DNA of 63,669 bases, counting the filler. It is 6 parts of 6 records of this genome, joined end to end, with 100 filler letters (N's around TTAATTAATTAA, not from the genome) between each part and the next. Parts side by side here need not be neighbours in the genome. Positions count along the whole stretch, not along the records: positions 45,243 to 51,107 come from SRR31156797_5166; positions 51,208 to 58,450 come from SRR31156797_5168; positions 58,551 to 63,669 come from SRR31156797_5322; 3 more parts are not named here. One strand, given 5' to 3'. Shown here in pieces: positions 49,963 to 60,233 of the stretch. Position 1 is the stretch's first letter. Every line of letters begins with the position of its first letter. A program made the translations under genes and the position numbers. The notes under the pieces were generated by a model, which saw only the letters and a list, made by a program, of their open reading frames with translations, searched no databases and was not told the DNA's origin.

Positions 49963-50283
49963 ATGATTCGTTTACAACTAAGTTATTAAACAAATCAACC
50001 ACTACATATTTTTACGTATTTTGTCCTTAAAAGTTAAATTGATTAATCTGTGTCTGTTTCCAAAAAACATTTTATACTATTTATACTTACAGCGAGATTA
50101 CCTTTGAAGGTTTTACGGAATATATAGTTAAGGACGCAAAATCAATTATTGTCGTTGTTAGTTTGAATTCAGTGCTAGTAGGTGGTGGTATTGCTTTTTC
50201 ACAACCTATTCCGTAACTTGAAGCGTTTTTCCCTTTCCTCAATATGCGACTGAGATTGACTTTAAAAACTAAAAATTACGCAT

Positions 50284-51107
50284 ATGAAAAAAAATTACCC
50301 AATTAAAAAAATGTTGTTTTTGCTTGCAGGTGTTGTATTTACACTTGCTGCATCGAGCCAGGACTCCCTTGTAATCCGAACCGGAGATCTTGTACTAAAT
50401 CCTGACACCTTGTACGAAGTTACTGCTGAATTTTACGACAGTAAAAATGACAGTTGGACCAGTGATGTTAAAATTAACTGGCACACCGACCCAGGCTATC
50501 TGGGCAAAGTGAATAAAAATGGTTTTCTTAAAACCCATCATCCGGGCGAAGGGTTTTTGTTTGCCAAATACAAGGGATTAAAAGATTCAGTATCGCTCGT
50601 AGTTAACGGCACAATAAAAGAAGATGATGAGGATGACCCTGAAGTTGATTATCCAAAAGTTAAAATCGTTCCAGGAAGCATCAAGGTAGAGATTAGTGAT
50701 TCGGTAGAACTTCATGCTTTTTACATCGATACCTCCGGAGTAAAAATAGATACTTCATTTACCTGGACCGTTGAACCTGTTGATCCTTACATTGGAGAGT
50801 TTAAAGATTCAACAAACGGTATCTTTTACTCAGCTGACACAAAAGGGGAAGGCATTATAATTGCGACTCTTGGCGCTTTGGCCGATACCGCAAAGATAAA
50901 AGTATATGAAAGCAGATCGAAGCGGGAGAAAAAAGAAAAAGAGAGAAACAAAGAAAACAACAGAGGCAAACTACTCACCATTGAACCTGGCGACATGATG
51001 GTTTATACTGGCCATGATCCCATTGCCTATTCAGCAGAATTCAGGAATAATGGCCAAAAATTTCAGAATGCAGAATTCAGTTGGAGTGTATCAGACACCA
51101 GCGTTGC
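50284..51107 (+). CDS. Secreted Ig-like repeat protein (3' truncated)
   Basis: Signal peptide ending ASS|Q; repeated modules with INWHTDP, FTWTVEP, FSWSVSD. Confidence 0.65.
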
Positions 51108-51207
51108 NNNNNNNNNNNNNNNNNNNNNNNNNNNNNNNNNNNNNNNNNNNNTTAATTAATTAANNNNNNNNNNNNNNNNNNNNNNNNNNNNNNNNNNNNN
51201 NNNNNNN
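51108..51207. other. Artificial contig spacer
   Basis: N44-TTAATTAATTAA-N44. Confidence 0.98.
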
Positions 51208-51869
51208 GTCTGGGCCGCGTTGATGCGGAAATAGGTGGACAGCTCCATCGGGCAGCGCACGCCCTTCGGGATGTAGACGAATGATCCGTCGGTAAAGACC
51301 GCCGAGTTGAGCGTCGCGAAATAATTGTCGGAGTAGGGCACGACGCTGCCGATGTATTTCTTCACCAGTTCCGGATGCTCGCGCACGGCTTCCGATATGG
51401 AGCAGAAGATAACGCCCTGTTCCTCGAGCTTGCCCTTGAAGGTGGTGGCGACCGAAACGCTGTCAAAAACCGCATCGACGGCGACGCCGGCGAGGATTTC
51501 CTGTTCCTGCAGGGGAATGCCGAGTTTTTCGTAGGTCTCAAGCAGCTTCGGATCGACCTCGTCGAGGCTTTGCGGCTTGTCGGAGTCCTTTTTCGGGGCG
51601 GAATAATAATAGGCGTCCTGATAGTCGATTTCCGGGTGCCAGATCTTGGCCCAATCGGGCTCTTCCAGGGTCAGCCAATGGCGGTAGGCCTTGAGGCGCC
51701 ATTCAAGAAGCCACTCGGGTTCGCCCTTCTTGGCGGAAATGAACCGGACGATGTCCTCGTTGAGGCCCTTGTCGGCGGTTTCCGTCTCGATATCCGTGAC
51801 GAAGCCGTATTTGTACTTTTGATCCGTAACCGAACGGACTTGTTCGATGGTTTCGGTCTCGGCGGCCAT
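51208..51869 (-). CDS. sufB: Fe-S cluster assembly protein SufB (3' truncated)
   Basis: [38 protein letters not shown]. Confidence 0.97.
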
Positions 51870-51901
51870 ATTTTTCTCCTTGCAGGCGTCGGACAGGCGG
51901 A

Positions 51902-52375
51902 TCAGGCCGAAGCGGCCCGACCTCTTCTGTCATCCGCGCCCGTCGGTTCCGGGTCGTTCATCAAAAAATCATAGGGCGACATCATGTCGGCCAGGGTCAA
52001 ATGCTCGAGCGCGCCGACGATCGCGGCGTTGACCCGCGTCCAGCGTCCCGACATTGGGCAAAGGCTTTCGCGGTCGCAGGTTTCGTGGTCGCCATCGACG
52101 CAATCGGTCAGGTTCAAAGGCCCGTCAAGAACCTCCAGCACTTCGACGATGGAAATTTCCTTGGCCGGTCTTACAAGCGCATAACCCCCTTGGGCGCCAC
52201 GCTGGGAAACCGCCAGACCGCCCTGGACCAGGGTCTTCAGCAGCTTGGCGACGGTCGGCTGGGTCAGGCCGGTGGCGGTCGCGATTTCGGGCGCGGTCGA
52301 AACGGCGCCATCGGCATCGGCCATATGGACCATCACGACAACGCCGTAGTCGGTCATTTTGTTGAGCCGGATCAT
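51902..52375 (-). CDS. Rrf2-family SUF-system regulator
   Basis: [20 protein letters not shown], three Cys; directly upstream of sufB. Confidence 0.92.
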   Translation of the reverse strand: MIRLNKMTDYGVVVMVHMADADGAVSTAPEIATATGLTQPTVAKLLKTLVQGGLAVSQRGAQGGYALVRPAKEISIVEVLEVLDGPLNLTDCVDGDHETCDRESLCPMSGRWTRVNAAIVGALEHLTLADMMSPYDFLMNDPEPTGADDRRGRAASA

Positions 52376-52391
52376 CGCCTTGAATTCCAAA

Positions 52392-52410
52392 CAGTACCAA
52401 ATTAGTCCTG
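52392..52410. promoter_or_regulatory. Putative Rrf2 autoregulatory operator
   Basis: CAGTAC-caaatta-GTCCTG imperfect inverted repeat just upstream of the start codon. Confidence 0.5.
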
Positions 52411-52590
52411 ATTGATCGGAAAATAGAAAGGTCGCCCCGGCATTTCAAGCCCATATCCCTCTTTTTTTGCGCTTTTCGGTTATTTTTTTGACCAATTCCA
52501 TTGTTGGCGGGCCCGTGCGCTTGGCGTCGCTTTTTCGCCTGCCTATATGGAGGAGCGTATTTCCATTTTATTGCAGGAATTGTTTAGGTG

Positions 52591-54465
52591 ATGGCAGGAA
52601 CAGACCTACCCACAGCGCCGGTGGCACAAAACGGCCGCCGCGAAGTGGAATCCGTTGTCGTTCGTTTCGCCGGTGATTCCGGCGACGGCATTCAGCTGAC
52701 GGGAAGCCAGTTTACGCTGTCGACGGCGCTGATCGGCAACGACCTGGCGACATTTCCCGATTTTCCGGCCGAGATCCGGGCGCCGGTCGGAACGACCTAT
52801 GGGGTTTCGGCGTTTCAGATCAATTTCGGCGCCCGCCGCGTGATGACGGCGGGCGACGAGCCGGACCTGTTGGTGGCGCTCAACCCGGCGGCGTTGAAGG
52901 TCAACCTGAATGCGGTGCGGCCGGGCGGCATGGTCGTCATCGATACAGGCACCTGCAATGAGCGCAACCTGCGCAAGGCGGGGTACGAAGGAAACCCGTT
53001 GGAAGACGGCACGCTGGCCCAGTTCAAGACCTTGCCCATCGACATTTCGCAGCACACCGAAGAAGCGCTTCGCGATTTCGGGCTGTCGCAGAAGGAGATG
53101 CTGCGTTCGAAGAACATGTGGGCGCTGGGGCTGGTTTATTGGATGTACGGCCGCGAACGCCAGCCGTCCATCGACTGGTTGAGGCAGAAATTCGCCAAGC
53201 GGCCGGAAATCGCCGAAGCCAATATCGCCGCCCTGAACGCCGGCCACGCCTTTGGCGAAACCGCCGAAATCAGCGGCGGCGTCGGCGGTTTCAGCGTCGC
53301 GCCGGCGGCCCTGGAAATGGGGCACTATCGCACCGTTACAGGGGCCGAGGCCATGGCCTGGGGCCTGGTTACGGGGACCCAGTTGGTCGGCCTGGAGATG
53401 GTATTCGCGTCCTATCCGATCACGCCGGCTTCGTCGCTGTTGCATTCGCTGGCCCACCTCAGCGGGTTCGGAGTGACGACATTTCAGGCCGAGGACGAAA
53501 TATCGGCAGTTTGCGCCGCGATCGGCGCTTCCTATGCCGGATCGCTCGGCGTGACGTCCAGTTCCGGGCCCGGAATCGCGCTCAAGACCGAAGGCATCGG
53601 CCTGGCGATATCGACCGAACTGCCGCTCGTCATCGTCGATACGCAAAGGGCCGGCCCGTCCACCGGCATGCCGACGAAGACGGAGCAGTCGGACCTGCAT
53701 CAGGCCGTGTTCGGGCGCAACGCCGACAGCCCGCTGGCGGTTCTGGCGGCGCGCTCGCCGTCCGATTGTTTCGAGGTCGCCATCGAAGCCGTGCGGATCG
53801 CTACCAAATACATGACGCCGGTGATATTGCTGAGCGACGGATACATCGCCAACGCGGCCGAGCCGTGGCTGATTCCGGATGTCGGCAAGTTGACCGTCTC
53901 GCCGGTCGAGTTCCGCACCGAGCCCGAGGGTTTCGGCCCTTACCAGCGCGACGAAAAAACCCTGGCGCGGGATTGGGTGATGCCGGGAACACCCGGGCTG
54001 GAACACCGCATCGGCGGCATCGAAAAGGACGAAAAGACCGGCCATATTTCCTACGATCCGGCCAACCATCAGCGCATGACCGACCTGAGGATTGCCAAGA
54101 TCGAGGGCATCGCCAACGACATTCCGGAACAGGGCCTGGAAGACGGCGAGCCCGGCGGCGATATGGTCCTGGTCGGCTGGGGCTCTACCTACGGTCCGAT
54201 CAACCGGGCCGTCGCCAATCTGCGGGCGGCCGGTTTGAACGTCGCCCACGCCCATATCCGGCATATCTGTCCGTTCCCGAAAAACCTTGCCGATTTGTTG
54301 AACGGTTTCGATCAGGTTCTGGTGCCGGAATTGAACGCCGGGCAGTTGCTGACCCTGCTGCGCAGCAAATACCTGATCCCGGCCGAGGGCCTCAACAAGG
54401 TCAGCGGCCAACCCTTCAAGATTTCCGAAATCGAGGCGGCGGTTCGCGCCCGCCTGGAGGCCTAA
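52591..54465 (+). CDS. korA: 2-oxoacid:acceptor oxidoreductase alpha subunit (gamma-alpha fusion)
   Basis: FAGDSGDG, YPITPAS, QAEDEI, QRAGPSTGMPTKTEQ. Confidence 0.95.
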   Translation: MAGTDLPTAPVAQNGRREVESVVVRFAGDSGDGIQLTGSQFTLSTALIGNDLATFPDFPAEIRAPVGTTYGVSAFQINFGARRVMTAGDEPDLLVALNPAALKVNLNAVRPGGMVVIDTGTCNERNLRKAGYEGNPLEDGTLAQFKTLPIDISQHTEEALRDFGLSQKEMLRSKNMWALGLVYWMYGRERQPSIDWLRQKFAKRPEIAEANIAALNAGHAFGETAEISGGVGGFSVAPAALEMGHYRTVTGAEAMAWGLVTGTQLVGLEMVFASYPITPASSLLHSLAHLSGFGVTTFQAEDEISAVCAAIGASYAGSLGVTSSSGPGIALKTEGIGLAISTELPLVIVDTQRAGPSTGMPTKTEQSDLHQAVFGRNADSPLAVLAARSPSDCFEVAIEAVRIATKYMTPVILLSDGYIANAAEPWLIPDVGKLTVSPVEFRTEPEGFGPYQRDEKTLARDWVMPGTPGLEHRIGGIEKDEKTGHISYDPANHQRMTDLRIAKIEGIANDIPEQGLEDGEPGGDMVLVGWGSTYGPINRAVANLRAAGLNVAHAHIRHICPFPKNLADLLNGFDQVLVPELNAGQLLTLLRSKYLIPAEGLNKVSGQPFKISEIEAAVRARLEA

Positions 54466-54466
54466 G

Positions 54467-55492
54467 ATGAGCGTTACCACCCAGACTCCCGCCCTTACCG
54501 ACAAGGATTTCGCATCCGATCAGGAGGTGCGCTGGTGCCCGGGCTGCGGCGACTATGCGATTCTGAAGGCGTTGCAGCGGGCGCTGCCGAAAATGAATGT
54601 CGAAAAGGAGAAACTGGTCTTCGTTTCCGGCATCGGCTGTGCCGCGCGTTTTCCCTATTACATGTCGACCTACGGCTTCCACACCATTCACGGCCGCGCG
54701 CCGGCGGTGGCGACCGGCATCAAGCTGGCCAACGGCGATCTCGACGTCTGGGTGATTTCGGGGGACGGCGACGGGCTCAGCATCGGCGGCAACCACCTGA
54801 TGCATGTACTGCGGCGCAACGTCGATCTCAACATCCTGCTGTTCAACAACGAGATCTACGGCCTGACCAAGGGGCAGTATTCGCCGACATCGCGCATCGG
54901 CACGCGCTCGCCGTCGACGCCGCGGGGGTCGGTCGACCATCCGATTTCAGCGGCGCGTTTCGCGCTTGGGGCGGGCGCGCGCTTCGTCGCCCGCTCGTTC
55001 GATCTGTCGCCGAAACTGACCGATATGTTCACCCGCGCGCACGATCATCGCGGTGCCTCGTTCCTGGAAATTTTCCAGAACTGCCTCGTCTACAACGATG
55101 CCGCCTTTGCCCATTTCACGGAAAAAAAGGTTGCCGCCGATACGCAACTGCATGTCGAGCACGGCAAACCGATGATCTTCGGCAAAGAGAAAAACAAGGG
55201 TCTGCGCGTCAAGCCGGGCAGCTTCGAGGTCGAGGTCGTGACGATCGGGGAGGCCGGAGTGACCGAGGCCGACATCCTGATCCACGACGAGACCGACCGC
55301 ACCCTGGCTTCGGTGTTGGCGGCGCTGGATCCGCCGAATTTTCCGGTGGCGCTGGGCGTGCTGTTCTGCAAACCGGGGCCGACCTACGAAGAAGGCCTGC
55401 GGGCCAAGCGCGATGACGACGAAGCGACCGGTGATCCGCTGCAACGCATCGACGCGCTGATGCGAAAAGGGGCGACCTGGACCGTCGGCTGA
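54467..55492 (+). CDS. korB: 2-oxoacid:ferredoxin oxidoreductase beta subunit
   Basis: WCPGCGD, SGIGC, GDGD...NNEIYGLTKGQYSPT. Confidence 0.95.
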   Translation: MSVTTQTPALTDKDFASDQEVRWCPGCGDYAILKALQRALPKMNVEKEKLVFVSGIGCAARFPYYMSTYGFHTIHGRAPAVATGIKLANGDLDVWVISGDGDGLSIGGNHLMHVLRRNVDLNILLFNNEIYGLTKGQYSPTSRIGTRSPSTPRGSVDHPISAARFALGAGARFVARSFDLSPKLTDMFTRAHDHRGASFLEIFQNCLVYNDAAFAHFTEKKVAADTQLHVEHGKPMIFGKEKNKGLRVKPGSFEVEVVTIGEAGVTEADILIHDETDRTLASVLAALDPPNFPVALGVLFCKPGPTYEEGLRAKRDDDEATGDPLQRIDALMRKGATWTVG

Positions 55493-55551
55493 GCCGGTAA
55501 TATCAAGATTTGAGCCGCCAACCAACGGGCGACCGGCGAAAAGGACAGAAA

Positions 55552-55588
55552 AGAGGCGCCTTCGGGGTATCCCCGGGGCGCCTTTTTT
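55552..55588. terminator. Terminator between convergent genes
   Basis: AGGCGCC-TTCGGGG-tat-CCCCGGGGCGCC-TTTTTT. Confidence 0.75.
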
Positions 55589-55612
55589 CCGTGTTCGGAT
55601 GGGACCGGATCG

Positions 55613-56245
55613 TTACTTCGGCTGCGGCACCAGCCGGAGATAGGGCTTCACCTCGTTCCAGCCGCCGGGGAACTTCTGTTTGGCGTCTTCGTTGGAAACC
55701 GACGGAACAATGATGACGTCGTTGCCGTCGGTCCAGTTGGCCGGCGTCGCCACCTGGTGCTTGGCGGTCAGTTGCAGCGAATCGATGACACGCAGAAGCT
55801 CGTCGAAATTGCGACCCGTGCTGGCCGGATAGGTCAGGGTCAGCTTGACCTTCTTGTCGGGGCCGACGACGAAGACCGAGCGCACCGTCAGGGTATCGTT
55901 GGCGTTCGGATGGATCATGTCGTAAAGGTCGGAGACCTCGCGCTCGGAATCGGCGATGACCGGGAAATTCAGCGCGTTGCCTTGGGTTTCCTCGATATCC
56001 TTGGCCCATTTGTGGTGATCGGCGATGGGGTCGACGGAAAGGCCGATGACCTTGACATTGCGTTTGTCGAACTCGGGCTTGAGACCGGCCAGATAACCAA
56101 GCTCGGTCGTGCAGACCGGGGTGAAATCCTTCGGATGGGAAAACAGGACGGCCCAGGAATCGCCGATCCATTCGTGGAAATTGACGGTCCCGTCGGTGGT
56201 TTCCGCGGTGAAGTCGGGCGCCGTATCACCTAGTCGTACTGCCAT
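55613..56245 (-). CDS. 1-Cys peroxiredoxin (Prx6)
   Basis: HPKDFTPVCTTELG; YPASTGRNFDE. Confidence 0.95.
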   Translation of the reverse strand: MAVRLGDTAPDFTAETTDGTVNFHEWIGDSWAVLFSHPKDFTPVCTTELGYLAGLKPEFDKRNVKVIGLSVDPIADHHKWAKDIEETQGNALNFPVIADSEREVSDLYDMIHPNANDTLTVRSVFVVGPDKKVKLTLTYPASTGRNFDELLRVIDSLQLTAKHQVATPANWTDGNDVIIVPSVSNEDAKQKFPGGWNEVKPYLRLVPQPK

Positions 56246-56456
56246 GTCTCTGCTCCTCCTCGAGCGGCAAGGAAATTGAATTCAGGCTCGCAATCTGGTG
56301 ATGCCGGATAAGGATTTCGAGGGGGAGAAGCGAAAAAAAACAAAATAAAATGGATTATTTTATAATTCACATATTATTATTGTTTATAACTCACGGCTGG
56401 ACGACGACGCCCCAACCGGGGCACCATGGCGCCGCATCGAAACAAAAAGCGGCACC

Positions 56457-56885
56457 ATGGCCAAAAACCGCGTCCCCGACTGGTTCTTCTCGCAAAGCGC
56501 CGTCGTTCCCTTTCGAACCGGGGCGGCCGGCCTGGAAGTTCTTCTGATCACGACAAGAAAGAAAAAAGGCTGGATCGTGCCCAAGGGCGTGATCGAACCG
56601 GATCTATCGCCCGAAGAATCGGCATTGGCGGAAGCGGTCGAAGAAGCCGGCATTTCGGGGACAATCATCGGCAAGCCCCTTGGCCGATACGATTACAAAA
56701 AGTGGGGCGGTACCTGTTCGGTCCAGGTTTTCGCGATGCAGGTAGAGACAATCCTCGACGACTGGCCGGAACGGGAAATGCGCGACCGCCAATGGTTGCC
56801 GGCAAAGGACGCCGCCGGTCTGGTGAAAAATCCCGAAGTCGGCGACATCATCCGGGCCCTCCAGGCTCGCCTCCAAAAAACCTGA
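56457..56885 (+). CDS. Nudix hydrolase
   Basis: WIVPKGVIE...ALAEAVEEAG Nudix box; WPEREMRDRQW. Confidence 0.9.
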   Translation: MAKNRVPDWFFSQSAVVPFRTGAAGLEVLLITTRKKKGWIVPKGVIEPDLSPEESALAEAVEEAGISGTIIGKPLGRYDYKKWGGTCSVQVFAMQVETILDDWPEREMRDRQWLPAKDAAGLVKNPEVGDIIRALQARLQKT

Positions 56886-56967
56886 CGCGACGTCTTCGCG
56901 GCATTTTGCATTTGGCGGCAATCTCCCGGAAAAAAAGAAATAATTCGTATAACAAGGATTACTTTCC

Positions 56968-56996
56968 TTGACATTCGAGGTATATAAGTTTATTGT
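56968..56996 (+). promoter_or_regulatory. Sigma-70 promoter
   Basis: TTGACA-N17-TATTGT upstream of ATG 57032. Confidence 0.55.
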
Positions 56997-57031
56997 CACG
57001 ACCTAGGCATAACCGATGGAAAGCCTGGACC

Positions 57032-58372
57032 ATGGGAAGTCTGACCGAAGCCCCGTCACCGTCGGCAACGACCAACAAAAAGAAGGAAAAAAACAGAAGC
57101 GGGCCGCCCGAATCCGGCGGCAATGACAACGGTCCGGTTGGCGGGGCCGGATCCGAACCCGTAAGCGGCGTCAAAGGCAACGATACGCTCGGCGCCGGGG
57201 CTTCACGTTCGGCCCGGGCCGCCGCCGGAATGCGCGGGCGAAGCCTGCTCGATCCGAAGAACCAACCACCGACGACCCCAACAGACAAACTCGGCTCGGG
57301 CCTAAACCCGCTCGAAGCGGCAGTGAATCCGAATCTGTCCAACACGATGGAGGCACGCGGCCGTATCGGCCCCGCCGTTTACGAACGAAGTGCGCCGGGG
57401 CCGGTTAAAAACACGGGCGGAGCCGGCGGCGCAAGTGGGGGCGATGACAGCGTTGCTAAACAGGTCGAGGCGGCCAAAGACAGGCGCAACCGTCAGGAAC
57501 AAGAAAAAGCGGCCATGGAATGGGAAAGGCAGGCCCTGGAGCGCGCCGCCCGTCGGTCGGGATACGCAGTCCCCGGGCCGGGACCGGGCGCCTCGGGAGA
57601 CTCCGGCAGCAGCGGCCAGGGTCCGAAAAGACAATCGCTTCTAAGCCCGCCGCCGCGAAAACCGGCGCCTCCGGCGAATAAACCGGGCTCTCCGAGCCGG
57701 GCAGCCATCGGCAAAGGCCCAAGCCCAAATCCGTATGAAAACATCGCGCGCGGGCCCATTGCCCAAAATGGGCCAAGTCCCAATCCGTACGAAAATATCA
57801 CGCGGGGGCCCAATGCACAGAACGGACCGAGCCATAACCCTTACGAGAACGTGCCTAACGGGCCGACAGATCCGAGAGGAACAGGTTCCAAACCGCAGGA
57901 AAACATCGCGCCGAGTCTTAGCCTTGGTAAGCCGAGCCCTTCGGGATTAAATGACATAACCAAGGCAATCGAACAAAAGGTTGCTGATCTCGCCTTTTCG
58001 CTGGCAGCGGTTCAGGCTCTGCCGAATACGATAGCAGGAAATGTGGCGCCTCAAGGTCTGGCAAACTTACAAGAAACCCTTGATAGCGTGAAAAAAGCAC
58101 TCGAAGATTTCTTTACACCTTCGCCAACTCCGGATGATATTCCGCCGTCGCCGCCAGGTGCGCCGGGAACCGCTAGAGCGCTGGCTCCTTCGAAACAAAC
58201 TGCTTCGTCAATATCAAAAACGGAACAAGTGGCCATAAACGCAGCATTTGTGGATTTAGCGCTTTCGCTGATTTCGTTGGCCATTCTTGGAAGGGCGCCT
58301 GCACTGCGTACTTTGCCCCCTGGAGGTGTGTTCAATCCGTTTAACCCTGATGGAAATCCTCCTAAAGCGTAA
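57032..58372 (+). CDS. Pro/Gly-rich disordered protein with tandem Tyr motifs and a C-terminal hydrophobic helix
   Basis: Long ORF with upstream promoter; repeat units differ largely at synonymous positions. Confidence 0.65.
   Translation: MGSLTEAPSPSATTNKKKEKNRSGPPESGGNDNGPVGGAGSEPVSGVKGNDTLGAGASRSARAAAGMRGRSLLDPKNQPPTTPTDKLGSGLNPLEAAVNPNLSNTMEARGRIGPAVYERSAPGPVKNTGGAGGASGGDDSVAKQVEAAKDRRNRQEQEKAAMEWERQALERAARRSGYAVPGPGPGASGDSGSSGQGPKRQSLLSPPPRKPAPPANKPGSPSRAAIGKGPSPNPYENIARGPIAQNGPSPNPYENITRGPNAQNGPSHNPYENVPNGPTDPRGTGSKPQENIAPSLSLGKPSPSGLNDITKAIEQKVADLAFSLAAVQALPNTIAGNVAPQGLANLQETLDSVKKALEDFFTPSPTPDDIPPSPPGAPGTARALAPSKQTASSISKTEQVAINAAFVDLALSLISLAILGRAPALRTLPPGGVFNPFNPDGNPPKA
57716..57865 (+). 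repeat. 54-nt coding tandem repeat, about 2.8 copies (GPSPNPYENIxRGPxAQN)
   Basis: Units start at 57716, 57770 and 57824. Confidence 0.9.
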
Positions 58373-58450
58373 TTTCTGAAAGATCCACTCCATTCGTATT
58401 GGAAATCGTCGAAATAAAGCCGGCGCTGTTCGAGCAGGCGTTCGCCGATG

Positions 58451-58550
58451 NNNNNNNNNNNNNNNNNNNNNNNNNNNNNNNNNNNNNNNNNNNNTTAATT
58501 AATTAANNNNNNNNNNNNNNNNNNNNNNNNNNNNNNNNNNNNNNNNNNNN
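58451..58550. other. Artificial contig spacer
   Basis: N44-TTAATTAATTAA-N44. Confidence 0.98.
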
Positions 58551-58551
58551 C

Positions 58552-59346
58552 CGTAACCCGAAAAAATCAGAGGATTGCATCGCAGCAATCAAACAAGAGC
58601 TTGAAAATAATGTAGATGTATCATTTATCCGTATGGATCTGGGAGAGCAGGCTTCTGTAAGAAAAGCAGCGGAAGAGGTGCTTGAGAAAGTAACCCGTAT
58701 CGATGCACTCATGTGCAACGGCGCCATCGCCCAGGTGCCTAAACAGCAGATTACCGTGGACGGATTTGAAAGTCAGCTCGGAGTCAACTATTATGGTCAC
58801 TTTACACTGCAGGCATTGCTTTTCTCACTGATTGAAAACTCTAAAGGACGTATCGTAACTGTTGGCAGTATGGGTTATAATATGGGCATCAAAACAATCA
58901 AATTTGATGATATGAACTGGGATAAGGATTACACCGCTAATGATGCCTATAGCCAGAGTAAATTGGCACAGATCATGTCTATTTATGAATTACAGGATAG
59001 GTTAGAAAAAGCAGGAAAGACTGATGTTAAAGCTTATGCTTGCCATCCCGGATCTTCTAGAACATCATTGATTAAAACTAGTGGTAATTTAGTGACTAGA
59101 ATCATGTTTGGTTTAATGTCACTATCACCTATGGTTCAATCGGCAGAAAAAGGTTCTTATCCTGAACTTATGTGTGCTACTGAAGAAGACTTAGATCAAA
59201 AAGGATTTTATGGCCCAACAGGAAGAAGTAATTGGGTTGGTCCAGTTGGAGAACATAAACTAGAACCACATGCAAAGGATAAAAAAGTATCTAAGAGACT
59301 GTGGGAAGTATCAGAAAAAGCAACCGGTGTGAGCTGGGGACTGTAA
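58552..59346 (+). CDS. SDR oxidoreductase (retinol dehydrogenase-like), 5' truncated
   Basis: DGFESQLGVNYYGHF, AYSQSKLA, CHPG. Confidence 0.9.
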   Translation, partial: RNPKKSEDCIAAIKQELENNVDVSFIRMDLGEQASVRKAAEEVLEKVTRIDALMCNGAIAQVPKQQITVDGFESQLGVNYYGHFTLQALLFSLIENSKGRIVTVGSMGYNMGIKTIKFDDMNWDKDYTANDAYSQSKLAQIMSIYELQDRLEKAGKTDVKAYACHPGSSRTSLIKTSGNLVTRIMFGLMSLSPMVQSAEKGSYPELMCATEEDLDQKGFYGPTGRSNWVGPVGEHKLEPHAKDKKVSKRLWEVSEKATGVSWGL

Positions 59347-59383
59347 TACACAATAAATCTACAAAGAATTGAAAGGTGATAAC

Positions 59384-60194
59384 ATGAAAGATTTCAAAGA
59401 TAAAGTAGTAGTCATTACAGGAGGAGCAACAGGTATCGGTAAAGCAATGGCCGATAGATTTGGCGCTGAAGGGGCAAAGGTGATTATTTGTGCCAGGCGT
59501 GAGAACAGACTTCAGGAAGCGGTTAAGGATCTGACAGACAAAGGAGTAGATGCCCGCTAAGGTATGCGACGTGACAAATCTTGAGGATGTTAAGGCATTG
59601 GCGGACTATGCATGGGATGAATTCGGCCATGTAGATGTGCTTGTTAACAACGCCGGTATTCCAGGAATTCCAGAGTTTGTCATTGACTCATCAGAAGAGG
59701 TCTTTCAACGCATTTTCAAAGTAAATGTGTTCGGTATGCTCAATGGTATTTGGGCATTTGGCAAACGTATCATCGAGCAGGGAACACCGGCTATGATTCT
59801 GAACGTCCATTCTGAAACAGGCTTATATGTCCCAGGTCCCATGATTGGCAATTATGCCGCATCAAAATACGCGGGAAGGGCAATCAGTGAAACCTTAAGA
59901 ATGGAAGTGCCTGAGTATGTTGAAGTGGGTTCTATCTATCCGGGTGTTGTACAATCAGAACTTGGTGGCAGCAATGAAATGACACAGGTGGGGATGCCTG
60001 CTGATGAATTCATGGGTATCATTTGGCCTCAGATAGAAAATGGTGAATTCTATATTGTATCTCACCCCTGGGCTAAAGATTATACCAGTGAAAATGCAGA
60101 AGAACTGGCTAAGGCATTTGATCAATACGCGCCTCATTACGAAGGTGATCAGAAATATGATTCAAGATGGCTTGCAAGTCAAATGATTCAGTAA
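59384..60194 (+). pseudogene. SDR oxidoreductase split by a frameshift near 59558
   Basis: TGGATGIG in the first frame; CDVT, NNAG and YAASK in another frame; AGGTGA RBS. Confidence 0.8.
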
Positions 60195-60233
60195 CGTTGT
60201 CTGTTGGCATGAAATTTTCAAAGGAATATCAAA

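Noticed and set aside
52606..55525. Long overlapping or antisense ORFs (632, 450 and 293 aa)
   Set aside because: Stop-poor shadow frames of the GC-rich korAB genes.
57716..57865. CRISPR-like periodic repeat
   Set aside because: In-frame coding repeats with third-position variation, no unique spacers and no cas genes.
59550..59570. Pyrrolysine readthrough or programmed frameshift in the second SDR
   Set aside because: The stop is TAA, the continuation is in another frame, and there is no slippery sequence. A 2-nt deletion explains it.
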